A stretch of 64,000 bases of DNA from Candidatus Latescibacterota bacterium (GCA_965222075.1 OZ244937.1:3136001-3200000), one strand, 5' to 3'. Shown: positions 9,257 through 20,059, counted from the stretch's first letter. Translations and numbers: made by a program. The notes: generated by a model not told the origin, from the letters alone.

Positions 9257-11104
9257 TTACCAGCCCAGCGCATATCCGATCTGCCCCCTGGGCGAGACCC
9301 CACCCGAGATCACGCCGCTTTCCCGGTTGTAGTGGATGCCCATCGCCTTCCCCACCGCCCAATCGCCTGTCAGCATAACTTCGTGTCCGCGCCGCTCCAA
9401 CTCTGCGATCACCTCACGCGGCACCCGCCCCTCCGCCACCATCCGTCCCGGAAAGGATGCACGGGGGTGGAAGGAGGAGGAAAAGTGGGCCGAGGAGGAG
9501 ACAGCCGGCCCGTAAAAGGAGGAGGGGAAGTGGGCCGAGTAGACCGTCGGCGCGTCCAGGGCCTCCTGCACGTTCATCCCGAAGATGGCATAATTCAGGA
9601 AAAACTGCAGCGTGATCTGGTCCTGTGTATCGCCCCCCGGCGTCCCAAACGCCATAAACGGCTCGCCGTTTCGGGTGACCAGCGACGGCGTCAGCGTCGT
9701 CCGGGGCCGCTTGCGCGGCTCAAGCGCATTGGGACGCTCCGGGTTCAGGTAGAATATCTGCCCCCGGCTGCCCAGGGGAAACCCCAGCCCCTTGATCACC
9801 GGAGAAGAGCCCAGCCACCCACCGCTGGGGGTGGCCGCCACCATATTCCCCTCTGCATCCACCGCATTCAGGTGGGTCGTATCGCTCGTATGGGCATGGC
9901 CCGCCCCCAGGTCCTGCACCTGCCGGGCATCCACGTGCAGCGCCTGGCGGTTGTCCTCGGCCACATCTGCCATGGCATAGCCCGGCATCCCGTTGCCCAC
10001 ATCCCCCGGCCGCATCTCCAACGACGCCTCCTGCCCGACGAGGCCGCGCCGATCTGCATTGTACGCCTCGGAAAGCAACACGTCGAAGGGCACCCGGTCG
10101 AACGCCGGATCGCCGTAATACGCCTCCCGGTCGGCAAAGGCCAGCTTGGCGCACTCGATCACCGTATGGAGGTAATCCGCTGAGTTGTGCCCCATCCCCT
10201 TGAGATCGAACCCCTTCAGGAGGGCCAGTTGCTGAAGGAAGACCGGCCCCTGCGTCCAGGACGAACACTTGTGCACCTCAAGCCCCTCGAAGGTGTAGGA
10301 GACCGGCTCCTCCACCTCCGCATGCCACCCTGCCATATCCTCGCAGGAAAGCAGACCGGTGTGGGCCCTGCCGCTGGCATCTTCAACCGGGTTCTGTGTG
10401 ATGAACGCAACAATCCGCTCGGCAATCTCACCCTTGTAAAAGACATCCCGGGCCGCCTCAATCCCTGCCACACGCCCCTTTTTCCTCGCCTCCGCCTCTG
10501 CGCGGCACACCCTCCGGAGCACACCGGCCCAGTCCGGATTCCGAATCACCTCACCCACCTCCGGGACGCGTCCTCCAGGACAGTAGACCTCACCGGTGGT
10601 CGGGTAACGCTCGGTAAACTGCTTCAAGCTCCCCTTCAGGCTCTCGTGCAGTCCCTCGTAGACCGGAAACCCCTGCTCGGCCAGCTCGATGGCAGGCTGG
10701 AGAATCTCAGCAAACGATTTGGAACCAAAGCGGGCCACGGCCGTCGCCCAGGTGTCCACCACCGCCGGCACGCAGGCCGGCAGGTACCCGTCTCCCGGAA
10801 TCAGATCGATGCCCTGCTCCCGACACCACGCGATCGTAAAGGCCGCAGGAGAACACCCCATCCCGCTGACGGCATACGCCTTCTGCTCCTTTCCCGAATA
10901 GATCAGCGCAGGCACCTCCCCCCCGATGCCGTTGCTTTGAGGCTCCAGCAGGTTCAGACAGAAACACATCGCCGCGGCCGCATCGACCGCGTTGCCCCCC
11001 TGCTCCATGATTCGAAAGCCGGCGGCCGTGGCCAGATAGTGTCCCGAAGTGACAACGCCCCGCCGGCCCATGATAACGGGACGGGTGGTGAATGTTGACA
11101 TCAT
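9257..11104 (-). CDS. ggt: gamma-glutamyltransferase family protein
   Basis: GGNAVDAA, EPQSNGIGG, KLAFADRE, autoprocessing Thr in SDTTH, GTPGGD. Confidence 0.9.
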   Translation of the reverse strand: MMSTFTTRPVIMGRRGVVTSGHYLATAAGFRIMEQGGNAVDAAAAMCFCLNLLEPQSNGIGGEVPALIYSGKEQKAYAVSGMGCSPAAFTIAWCREQGIDLIPGDGYLPACVPAVVDTWATAVARFGSKSFAEILQPAIELAEQGFPVYEGLHESLKGSLKQFTERYPTTGEVYCPGGRVPEVGEVIRNPDWAGVLRRVCRAEAEARKKGRVAGIEAARDVFYKGEIAERIVAFITQNPVEDASGRAHTGLLSCEDMAGWHAEVEEPVSYTFEGLEVHKCSSWTQGPVFLQQLALLKGFDLKGMGHNSADYLHTVIECAKLAFADREAYYGDPAFDRVPFDVLLSEAYNADRRGLVGQEASLEMRPGDVGNGMPGYAMADVAEDNRQALHVDARQVQDLGAGHAHTSDTTHLNAVDAEGNMVAATPSGGWLGSSPVIKGLGFPLGSRGQIFYLNPERPNALEPRKRPRTTLTPSLVTRNGEPFMAFGTPGGDTQDQITLQFFLNYAIFGMNVQEALDAPTVYSAHFPSSFYGPAVSSSAHFSSSFHPRASFPGRMVAEGRVPREVIAELERRGHEVMLTGDWAVGKAMGIHYNRESGVISGGVSPRGQIGYALGW

Positions 11105-11120
11105 ACATCTCCTTCATCCA

Positions 11121-11462
11121 TCAGGTTAGCAGGGCTATCACTGCTTCGCGCTCCGCAACCTCAACGATGAGTTGTGCGTATTTCTCTTGCTCCAGGTCGA
11201 TGACGACGGCCTTATTCGGATTTGACACATCCCAAAACAGCCATTTTCCGTCGCGATAGAATGTCCCCGCGGTTATCACCCCCGGCAGCCATGTTCCCAG
11301 AAGCCTAATTCCCTTCCACCATCGCCTTACGACCTTATCGTCAATACGCGCACCCAGGATGTGCGCTCGTGGTATGTCGAGCCGCCCCTTGAACGCCCAC
11401 AGCTTGTGGAGCCCCACGACCTCGAAAAGAACACGGTTGGATTCTTGTGTAACCGCTACCAT
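11121..11462 (-). CDS. conserved hypothetical protein
   Basis: 113 aa; GLHKLWAFK...GIRLLGTWLPGVITAGTF...FWDV pattern typical of a small conserved family. Confidence 0.75.
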   Translation of the reverse strand: MVAVTQESNRVLFEVVGLHKLWAFKGRLDIPRAHILGARIDDKVVRRWWKGIRLLGTWLPGVITAGTFYRDGKWLFWDVSNPNKAVVIDLEQEKYAQLIVEVAEREAVIALLT

Positions 11463-11614
11463 ATCAACCTCATTCGATTCGGAGTCTCGGATGATTGCTT
11501 CCGGATGAGCATCCGCTCCGGAAAATGGGTCGGTGCTGACGCCGTGTAGCGTCCTGCTTTGGCGACAGAAGCGCCGCGACCCTTGTCAGGTTCCGCAAAG
11601 TTTCCAGTTTTTCT

Positions 11615-12580
11615 TTAAGGTACGCGCATAAGCGCTCTTATCGCTTCGACGATGTCTTCCTTTTGTGGAATGCAGGCGTCCTCCAGGGGCGCGCTGTAGG
11701 GCATCGGGGTGTTCAATCCGCCGAGGACTTTCGCGGGGGCCCGGAAGTGTTCAAAACCCTGTTCGACGACCTGGCGGACGATCTCGGCGCCCATCCCGCC
11801 CCGGGAGGGCGCGTCGTGGACCACAAGGAGGCGGCCTGTTTTCTGGACGGACTGCACGATGGTTTCAACGTCTAAGGGGACCAGGGTTCGCGGGTCGACG
11901 ACCTCAACGTCGATCTCGTTGTCGAGGTCATCGGCTGCTTCCAGCGCTTTGTGGACGGCGAAGGAGGTGGCGACGACGGTGATGTCGCCACCCTCCCGCT
12001 TGACGTCGGCCTGGCCCAGGGGGACGAGCCACTCGCCGTCGGGCACCGGCTGTGCGATGGAGCGCACCAGGCGGTGTTCGATGTAGACGACGGGGCCGTC
12101 CTCCCGGATGCTGGATTTCATCAGGCCTTTTGCATCGGCAGGAGTTGAGGGCATAACGACTTTCAGGCCGGGGGTGTGGACAAACCAGCTCTCTAAGCTC
12201 TGGCTGTGATGGCCGGCCTCTCTGGTGCCGCCACCGCCCGGGGTGCGGATAACCATGGGCACCTTGATCTGGCCGCCCGACATGAGGTGAATTTTTGCGG
12301 CCTGGTTGACGATTGGGTCCATGCATACGGTGACGAAATCGCAGTACATGATGACCGCCACCGGGCGTAACCCGGACATCGCTGCGCCGACTGCGATCCC
12401 TGTGAAGCCGGATTCCGAGATCGGGGTCTGCCAGATCCGCCTTTCGCGGAACTGGTCCCAAAGGTTTTTCCGGTCTCTGACGGGACCGATGTCCTCCCCG
12501 ATGGAGAAGACGGTTTCGTCCCGGGCCATTTCTTCCCGGAGGGCCTCGCTTACTGCATCGCCGTAGGTCAATTCGCGCAT
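11615..12580 (-). CDS. 2-oxoacid/acetoin dehydrogenase E1 beta subunit-like
   Basis: GEDIG, TPISESG, GLRPV, NQAAK, HHSQSLE, PGLKVV, DPRTLVPLD. Confidence 0.9.
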   Translation of the reverse strand: MRELTYGDAVSEALREEMARDETVFSIGEDIGPVRDRKNLWDQFRERRIWQTPISESGFTGIAVGAAMSGLRPVAVIMYCDFVTVCMDPIVNQAAKIHLMSGGQIKVPMVIRTPGGGGTREAGHHSQSLESWFVHTPGLKVVMPSTPADAKGLMKSSIREDGPVVYIEHRLVRSIAQPVPDGEWLVPLGQADVKREGGDITVVATSFAVHKALEAADDLDNEIDVEVVDPRTLVPLDVETIVQSVQKTGRLLVVHDAPSRGGMGAEIVRQVVEQGFEHFRAPAKVLGGLNTPMPYSAPLEDACIPQKEDIVEAIRALMRVP

Positions 12581-12627
12581 GGTTTTTTCTCGCTGTTTGT
12601 GCGGTTCCCCGCAGGGGTAGCCCTGCC

Positions 12628-13632
12628 TTACAATGCCACGCCAGGCGTTATCGGCAGGTCACGGAATTCGGGGAATGCGCTTTGCTTGCCAAAGGCTTCG
12701 GCTTCTGCGACTTCTGCGATCACTTCCTCTTTCATGGCTTCCTGTTCGTGGGAAGCCATGTGTCCGTCGTCGATGAGCTTTTTTTCGAACATTGTGATGG
12801 GGTCACGCTTCAACCAGGCAATGAGCTCTTCAGGGTTGTTGTGCGCTTTTCCCTGGGCGGTGTGCGCGCCAAAGCGGTAGGTTTTGCTCTCGATCAACGT
12901 GGCGCCGTCGCCCGCCCGGGCACGGGCCGCGGCTTCGGAGACAGTGTCGTAAACGGCGAGCACGTCCTGGCCGTCTACGGCTTTGCCCGGGATGCCGTAA
13001 GCGGACGCCCTGTGGGCGATGTCCGGTATGGAGAGGGTGATGGTCGAAGGGGTCGAGGCGGCGTAGAGGTTGTTCTCACACAGGAAGATGGCGGGGAGGT
13101 TCCAGAGGGCCGCCATGTTCAGGGTTTCGTGGAAAGTACCCTGGTTGGCGGCACCTTCGCTGAAAAAGGCCACGGCGACCTGTTTCGTGCCCCGGTAGAG
13201 GGCGGAGAAGGCCGCGCCCGCGGCGAGGGGGATCTGGCCGCCGACGATGCCGTTGCCGCCCAGCAGCCCAAGTTCGGCGCTGAAGAGGTGCATGGAGCCG
13301 CCGCACCCGCCGCAGTAACCGGTCTTCCGGCCCATCAGTTCCGCCATCATCGGCTTCAGGTCCGCGCCCTTTGCAATGGCGTGGCCGTGCCCGCGGTGGG
13401 TGCTGGTGACGTAGTCGTCCTCTTCCAGGGCCGCACAGGTGCCCACCGAGGTCGCCTCCTGCCCGATGGAGAGGTGCAGGGCGCCTTCGATGACGCCTTT
13501 GCTTCGGGCGGTGTCCAGGTCGTCCTTCTGGAGCCGGTACTGGTAGTCGTAGAGGGTTCGAACCTTTTCCTCGAAGTAGCGGATGCGATACATGAGGCGG
13601 AGCATTTGGGTGAGCTTTTCTGGATCGGGCAT
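12628..13632 (-). CDS. ThDP-dependent dehydrogenase E1 alpha subunit-like
   Basis: HLSIGQEA, STHRGHGH, GGSMH, NGIVG, variant ThDP motif SEG...ENN, TYR. Confidence 0.9.
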   Translation of the reverse strand: MPDPEKLTQMLRLMYRIRYFEEKVRTLYDYQYRLQKDDLDTARSKGVIEGALHLSIGQEATSVGTCAALEEDDYVTSTHRGHGHAIAKGADLKPMMAELMGRKTGYCGGCGGSMHLFSAELGLLGGNGIVGGQIPLAAGAAFSALYRGTKQVAVAFFSEGAANQGTFHETLNMAALWNLPAIFLCENNLYAASTPSTITLSIPDIAHRASAYGIPGKAVDGQDVLAVYDTVSEAAARARAGDGATLIESKTYRFGAHTAQGKAHNNPEELIAWLKRDPITMFEKKLIDDGHMASHEQEAMKEEVIAEVAEAEAFGKQSAFPEFRDLPITPGVAL

Positions 13633-13741
13633 GGGATGTATTCTCCTTACCTGGTGACTTTAACTCTCCAAGCTGCGAGCTTCGGAATCTGAATAGAAAC
13701 TGCGTCCTGGTATGATTTTAATGGATACGGACGCCTGCGTT

Positions 13742-14578
13742 TTACTCCAATGCCCTGAAAAAATCCCGGAACCGTACCGTTTCAGAAAGGGTATCACACT
13801 CGTTGCAGTGCTCCCAGTCGATCCATATATACTCGATCCCGATCCACCCGCAGTATCCGCTGGCCTTCAGGGTTTTGAACGCCCGCCTGTAATCAATCAT
13901 ATTGCGGTCAAACGACGTCTGCAATCGGCCCCTTCGGGCGCCGCGAACATGAAAATGGCTGGCATATTTCACAAGCGGCTCCACCGCCAGGTCCGGCAGC
14001 CCCAGCCGTGTAAAATGTGTATAATCCAGCGTCAATGTCAACCCGGGAACGGCCTGCACAAGCCGCTCCGTTGACTTCGGGCGGGGTACCAGAGACCCCA
14101 CATGGGCCTCAATACCAAATACAATATCGCACGCACCGGCCTGCGCCACTCGCCAGTTCAACTCATCCACCGCCCGGGCAAACGAATCCGAACGCGGCTC
14201 TCCCTCAACATGTACACCCGGCAGTGTGGTCACATGGTTACACCCGCACTCGGCGGCATATTCCAGTGTCTTCAAAAACCACTCCCGTGCCTTGCGCCGC
14301 CGGGATCTCTGCGGATGGTTGATTGCATACGGCTTGAAATCCATTGCCATTTGCAAAAACACATCCGCCGGTTGGAGACTCAGATCGTCCAGCTTTTTTT
14401 TTAACCGCCGAGCGGACCGCCGCACATTCTGAAATTCCCGTGACGGCCACAGGTGCGACCGCTCCTCGAACAGACCGATATCCACCCCCTCGAACCCCAG
14501 CATCGACACAAGCTGAAGCGACCCATCGTGTGGCAGCAGAGGAAACGTAAAATCGGCACATGCGAGCCTGGCTTTCAT
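13742..14578 (-). CDS. sugar phosphate isomerase/epimerase (xylose isomerase-like TIM barrel)
   Basis: GFEGVDI, FGIEAH, LTLDYTH, HFHVR, GIEY metal-ligand pattern. Confidence 0.85.
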   Translation of the reverse strand: MKARLACADFTFPLLPHDGSLQLVSMLGFEGVDIGLFEERSHLWPSREFQNVRRSARRLKKKLDDLSLQPADVFLQMAMDFKPYAINHPQRSRRRKAREWFLKTLEYAAECGCNHVTTLPGVHVEGEPRSDSFARAVDELNWRVAQAGACDIVFGIEAHVGSLVPRPKSTERLVQAVPGLTLTLDYTHFTRLGLPDLAVEPLVKYASHFHVRGARRGRLQTSFDRNMIDYRRAFKTLKASGYCGWIGIEYIWIDWEHCNECDTLSETVRFRDFFRALE

Positions 14579-15384
14579 AGCTCCTCCGCAAACCGTGTTG
14601 GCCCCGAAGTCGCCCACTCCGCAGCCGTCATATACCCCCCATCAACCACCAGCGACGTGCCCGTAATCCCCGCGGAATCCTCACAGCAAAAATAAAGCGC
14701 CGCCCGGGCGATATCTGCCGGCATAAGCGCGACTCCCATCGGCACGCGGCGCAGGCGCTCGGCCAGTGTAGCCTCCGGGTCGGCTGTTGTATTCAGGTGA
14801 AACCGTAACATCGGCGTATCCGTAATGCCCGGACAGATGCAATTGCAGCGCAGCCCATCCACAGCATAATCCAGCGCAATAGACCGGCTCAACCCCAGCA
14901 CCGCATGCTTTGACGTCGTATAAGCCGGCGTGCCGGCCTGCCCGATGAAACTGCCCACCGATCCGATATTCACCATATAACTGCGTTTCTGTTTTCGCAG
15001 ATGCGCAATCCCATGTTTGACCGAGAAGAAAATCGACTTGAGATTCACCCCCATCAACCGGTCCCACTCCTGCTCGGAATACGCGTGCAGCGGCGCCACA
15101 TGCACAATGCCGGCGCAATTCACAATGGCCTGTAAGGCGCCAAAATGTACTGCTGTTGCTTCAATAGATTCCCGCACCTGGTCTTCCTGCGCCACATCAC
15201 ACGCCAGAAAAACCGCCTCACCGCCCTGGTCGGTTATGCGGCCCACCACCTGCCGGCCGCGCTCGACCTGAACATCCACAACCGCAACCCGTCCGCCCTC
15301 GGCGGCAAACAGTTCGGCCGAGGCTTCTCCCATGCCAGACGCTGCGCCGCTGATCCAGACCACCTGCCCTTGCAATCGGCCCAT
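14575..15384 (-). CDS. SDR family oxidoreductase
   Basis: ISGAASGMG, VNCAGI, YTTSK (YxxxK), ICPG, VDGG; 4-bp overlap with the downstream gene. Confidence 0.9.
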   Translation of the reverse strand: MGRLQGQVVWISGAASGMGEASAELFAAEGGRVAVVDVQVERGRQVVGRITDQGGEAVFLACDVAQEDQVRESIEATAVHFGALQAIVNCAGIVHVAPLHAYSEQEWDRLMGVNLKSIFFSVKHGIAHLRKQKRSYMVNIGSVGSFIGQAGTPAYTTSKHAVLGLSRSIALDYAVDGLRCNCICPGITDTPMLRFHLNTTADPEATLAERLRRVPMGVALMPADIARAALYFCCEDSAGITGTSLVVDGGYMTAAEWATSGPTRFAEEL

Positions 15385-15388
15385 AATT

Positions 15389-16858
15389 TTACTCCGTCTT
15401 TCTGATCCGTACAACAAGATCGTGCTGAAAGGCCGGTACGTCCACACGCTGCTGCTTACCCCCCTCAACCCGAACCGCCGGAGAAGAGACGCCGCCCACA
15501 GGTGAAAAACACAACACCTCAAAATGGCCCGGTAGCAAATCAAACCGGAGCGCCCCACAGATCGGCTCGCCGCATCCCTGCTCCTCCCGCTCCCGGCCAT
15601 CGGCCAGGTAAATACAATAATCCTCACCTTCAACCCCAAACACCGCTACAACCGCATGCTCCGGCTGCTCCTGAACCCAGCCTGTGATCGGCCGTGCATT
15701 TACCAGATCGATTGAATGCATAAACCCCGCCAGATGCCCCATCCATTTCCGGATGCCTTTCCGGGATGCCGGTGTGCCCGCCTCAAGATACGGCACAATA
15801 GAAAAATCGATCATATCGTAATGCGCCCCGGAAAACAGCGACATCCAGGCCCGCTTGCGATGCACCGTCCAGCCCTCAACTTCCTTGTACTGCGTGGCCA
15901 CATTATCCTCATCGTAATTCAGCGGTTTGGGCCGTTTGTAGGTCTCCAGCGCAAAATCACGCAGTGCCCGCAACTTGAGCTGCCTGGACATGAACTCACC
16001 CATATCGTAACTTTGGCCTTCACATATCGTATTCGGCAACGGATGAATATTCACAACATCAAAATCCATGTGATCAAACGAACCGTCGCAGGGCTGGTCA
16101 AACGGCCGGATCATCATTGCCTCCTGCCCGGCGATCAAATGCCGGTTCGGCATCTCCTTTTCCAGATCGCGGATCAACCTGATAAACTGAGCTTGCCAGG
16201 CATTTACTTCCTCTGCACCCGGCAGATCCTCATCTCCTCCGGAGAAATGGCACGGCTCGTTGCAAATCTCGTAGATCACATTCCCATAACCGTTGGTCTG
16301 CTCCACAATGCGCTGTGCATGCGCCCGCTGCCACCTGAGCAGCTGCTCGTGCCGGCATGTCATATAATCCTGCCACCGGAACGGAGGGGACTCCATCGTA
16401 ATATTATTGGCCGGATTCAACGGATTGAGCGCCCAGACCTCATCCTTGTACGTATTGCTGAAAAGCACCACCTCTACAACAATTCCGTACTCCTCTGCAA
16501 CAGACAAAAACCTGTGCAACCGGTCGAAAAATTCCGTATTCCATTGCGCCAGATCGTACCGGGGCTGCCCGTCCAGCGCAGTGCCGGGCCCTGTCCTCTG
16601 GAACGGCGCAATATAATCGGGCGACTCCGGTTTGCAGGTCGAATACGGATTCACCGGCGTCTGCAACTCCCTGAACAACGTAAACAACCGCGTCAGCGTC
16701 TGGCCTCTTTCGGCGGCATCAGCCAGGTAGCGTTCAAACCGAAATGGCCGGTTCATCACCGCCCCGTAATGCTCGGTAGCACACACCAGCACCGTCGGCT
16801 TACCGCGATACTCAAAAATCTTCTTATTCTCCGGATGAATACGGATAACCTCAGACAT
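15389..16858 (-). CDS. clan GH-A-like glycoside hydrolase (DUF6298/GH5-like), no signal peptide
   Basis: YEICNEP putative acid/base motif, LNYDED putative nucleophile, C-terminal beta domain. Confidence 0.6.
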   Translation of the reverse strand: MSEVIRIHPENKKIFEYRGKPTVLVCATEHYGAVMNRPFRFERYLADAAERGQTLTRLFTLFRELQTPVNPYSTCKPESPDYIAPFQRTGPGTALDGQPRYDLAQWNTEFFDRLHRFLSVAEEYGIVVEVVLFSNTYKDEVWALNPLNPANNITMESPPFRWQDYMTCRHEQLLRWQRAHAQRIVEQTNGYGNVIYEICNEPCHFSGGDEDLPGAEEVNAWQAQFIRLIRDLEKEMPNRHLIAGQEAMMIRPFDQPCDGSFDHMDFDVVNIHPLPNTICEGQSYDMGEFMSRQLKLRALRDFALETYKRPKPLNYDEDNVATQYKEVEGWTVHRKRAWMSLFSGAHYDMIDFSIVPYLEAGTPASRKGIRKWMGHLAGFMHSIDLVNARPITGWVQEQPEHAVVAVFGVEGEDYCIYLADGREREEQGCGEPICGALRFDLLPGHFEVLCFSPVGGVSSPAVRVEGGKQQRVDVPAFQHDLVVRIRKTE

Positions 16859-16875
16859 ATCTCCCGATCGTCTTT

Positions 16876-17985
16876 TTATCTGAGTGAAACAGGCTCCAGA
16901 CCGTCCGCCTGCCGCTGCCTGTTCACCTCATCAATCCGCCAGGGCACCACCGACCTGTCTGCTCGAAATCGGTCGTAATACCCCCCTTCGTACCGCGCAA
17001 TCGGCATCAGCGTCCGCTTCGACCGCACCGCTTTCAGCGCTTCCATGTCCAGGACCTCTCCACTTGCCGGATTGACCACCTCGATCTCCTCGATCCGATT
17101 TGTCCCCAGCCCCCGGCCGGCCGCGAATGCCAGATAGGGCGTAACCGCCGGATCCAGTCCCATCAGATACGTCCCCACCGCATCCACGTGCACCTCGTTC
17201 TCCCCCATCAGTGTCCACCCCAGCGGATAGTTCTCCCCCTCGTTGAACGCCGTCCCGTCCCGCCCGATCAGGCCGTCAACCATGCACAGCCGCGGGATAT
17301 TCAGGGCCCGTAGCGCAGCTACCAGATCGCACAGCTTGTGGTAAAACCGGTCTTCAAACAGGCTCAGCCCGCTTTCGGTAAGCCGCCAGATCCCCTCCTC
17401 CAGCGGTTTGTCCACCTCCTGAATATTGCACAGATGCCGCTCCGGCCTGGCCAGGATCCCCATCAAATTTTTGACCGCCAGCGTCGTACAGCCCAGGTTG
17501 TGGCATTTGGCCAGGGGCACGTTCAAGAAAAACGCGCAATCCGTCACCTCCCGGTAAATTGGATACGCCTCATATACCACCCCTCCGGGCGCCGCCACGG
17601 ACCGGCTCTCCGCCTCGTTCAACGCCGACAGCGAGACCCCGCGCCCGGCCGCCATCTGCGCGTACCCCGCCCCCTCCCACGTATGCCCGTGGTCCGGCTG
17701 CTCGCCCGACTGGCCGTCTCCCACCACCAACCGCTCTGCATCCACGCCCGCCTCCACCAGCGCGTCGACCATTCCCGCCAGAAATCCCGGATGCGTGACG
17801 ATCCGCTTTTCCGGAGGATAAAGCACCGTCGCATTCGGCTTCAGCAGGATTTTTCCCTCCACAGGCAGGGGCAGGTCCACCCGGTTCAATGCGTCATAAG
17901 CAAGCTCTCGGTAATGTTCAAAAGGGGCTTCCGCGCGATCGATCTTGGTGCGGTGCAGATAAACCCGATCCGCCTGTATCTTCAT
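16876..17985 (-). CDS. DUF362 domain protein
   Basis: ILLKPN, VTHP, NVPLAKCH, TLAVKNLMG, VDGLIG, HVDA. Confidence 0.85.
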   Translation of the reverse strand: MKIQADRVYLHRTKIDRAEAPFEHYRELAYDALNRVDLPLPVEGKILLKPNATVLYPPEKRIVTHPGFLAGMVDALVEAGVDAERLVVGDGQSGEQPDHGHTWEGAGYAQMAAGRGVSLSALNEAESRSVAAPGGVVYEAYPIYREVTDCAFFLNVPLAKCHNLGCTTLAVKNLMGILARPERHLCNIQEVDKPLEEGIWRLTESGLSLFEDRFYHKLCDLVAALRALNIPRLCMVDGLIGRDGTAFNEGENYPLGWTLMGENEVHVDAVGTYLMGLDPAVTPYLAFAAGRGLGTNRIEEIEVVNPASGEVLDMEALKAVRSKRTLMPIARYEGGYYDRFRADRSVVPWRIDEVNRQRQADGLEPVSLR

Positions 17986-18241
17986 CCTGACCTCCATTCA
18001 ATAGGGTGTAACGCACGATCCAGTGGCTCGGTAAGTCTGCGCTCATACCAAACAGTCTGCGAGGTGGTCAAAAAGATCGGGTCTGTTCATAACACAAGCC
18101 GCAATGAACATGCATCAGGAAATAGATTTCCCAAAATGCTTTGCAAAAGTTAAAAAGTCCGGAAAATTGACCTGCCCATCCTGGTTTAAGTCATAGATCG
18201 AGACAAAACAGTATCCCGATATATCTGGCGAACACCATCTC

Positions 18242-19269
18242 TTACCCTTTCTTGTCGAACTTTCCCTCAAGAACCTGAATGCCTTTTTCAAGCACCGGGT
18301 CGCCTGTGTCAGAGGGGTCGGATGGGTAAGCTGACTGCAATATCGGGTGGAATACCAATGCCTTCATAGCTTATCATATCCACGGTAAAGACCTTTGACA
18401 CCGTGAGTTGATACGTCCACCCATTGGGCAGTTGGCCTTTCTTGGGGAGTCCAAGAGCACCTGCGGTGGGACTTCCAACGACCGTGACATGCGGGCGTTG
18501 TCTAAGCGCCAGGACAAAGCCTTCGGCCGCACTCGCGGTATATTTTCCAACGAGCAAGACAATGGGTCTGGTATATTGCCGCTCCCCTGCAGGCCCTGTT
18601 TGGAGTTCAAAAAGAGGCGTGAAGTCAGACCGATCCGGGGCGTTTGCGAAATTGTTCATAGCCATATACGTGTGTTGTATCCATAAAACGGGCCATGACA
18701 GCTCTGGCTATTTGTACCACACCACCAGGGTTCAGTCTCAGATCGACGATGATGCCAGGAGTGTTATGCAGCTGCTCCAAGACAGCATCAATGTCGCGTT
18801 CCCAGCTTTTAACGGACGACCTGGTTGAAAATCCAGGAATCCGGATATATCCGATATGATGATCCCGGATAATACCATAGAAGATACGGCCCTGTTCATG
18901 AATCTTTTCAAACTTAATCCTGATGGTTGTATTTCTTTCGACACCGCTGGTCCCTGATGGAAACGTGGCGAATGGAGAAACAAGAGCGACATGTCCATCG
19001 TTGAGATGTTCCAACATGGCAGTCAGGATGTCAAAAAGCTCCTGTGGGGTAGTCCGGGCCGCAATAGAAGGACGATGAACCCTGTAAAGCGCATCCCAGT
19101 CAATATTCTTGATCTCAAACGATGCGTAAAAGTCATTGAATTCCCGCCAGAAGATTTCAAAGTTGCGTTCGGGAGACGGGTCAAAATCGCCGCCTATGAT
19201 CGACTTTCCACATGAAAACTGAAGCACACAGGTTGTAACGATCCATAGCGCACGTAAGCAGATTTTCAT
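18242..19269 (-). pseudogene. S41 family peptidase lipoprotein with two frameshifts
   Basis: Lipobox LQFSC, NDGHV and VDLRLNPGG in one frame; TASAAE...GIGIPPD in a second frame (shift ~18640); DPVLEKGIQVL tail in a third frame (shift ~18332). Confidence 0.85.
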
Positions 19270-19270
19270 A

Positions 19271-20059
19271 TCACTTGACCTTGAAAGCGAAGCCGAGCAG
19301 CAGATGATGCGTGAACATTGAGGCCGTGCGTTTGTACCGCCGCGCTCGCTGGAAGTCCACCACGATAGAGCGTGTATAATTTTATGGACGATCAATAGCC
19401 GATTTGCATATTGAAGCCGGATATTGAAATGCGCAAAACGGTTCCAAAAGACAAAATCTCCATCGAGTAAACTCTCCTCATTGGATACGATGCCAATTGA
19501 GTGTGGCAGGTAAAAGCGATATGATATTGCTGCCGGTATATGCTCTGAGATGGTGCCGTGTGTTGAAACGAAAGTCACCAACGATTGCAAGACTCAGGCT
19601 GAAATCCATATCCCCAATAGGCGGGGAATGTATAGGTGGAGAAACATATTCTTTAACATAAAATCCCGCTGATATGCCCCCCATGATGCCCAACTTCACC
19701 TTCTCCTCGAAATATGATGCCAGATAACGGCCATATAACCCCTCAACCTGAACGTACGTTATATTTACACTTGTCTCGGAAGCGTATAGTTTACCACGAC
19801 CGAGTGTGAAAAAAGAAGCCCAAAGGCTTTTTGGTGTTTCGGTTAGTGAGAGTCCGGCGAGCGATCGCGGCTGACCGTCGTACCGAAGGTAGGAACCCAA
19901 TTCATCCTTCAGGTAGAATTGCGATAGACCTGCTGCGATCCCATACCATTCCTCACTTTTTTTCTCCTTTTTGGCACGCTTGTTTTCTTCCTCCTTTTCT
20001 TGACCAAAGGCATCCACTCCCCCAAGCACCAGACATAAGACGATCAGTGTTCTGATCAT
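19271..20059 (-). pseudogene. putative outer-membrane beta-barrel protein, frameshifted
   Basis: Signal peptide MIRTLIVLCLVLGGVDAFG; ORF stops at 19478, but plausible continuation in other frames ends HLLLGFAFKVK* just before the S41 start. Confidence 0.55.

Noticed and set aside
18300-18660. Programmed frameshifting or selenocysteine readthrough in the S41 gene
   Set aside because: Continuations require frame changes at two sites with no clear slippery heptamer, and the neighbour is also broken, so decay is the simpler explanation
18625-19590. 321-aa ORF as one intact protein
   Set aside because: It is a chimera of the frameshifted upstream gene and the S41 N-terminus, and it lacks the catalytic Ser region
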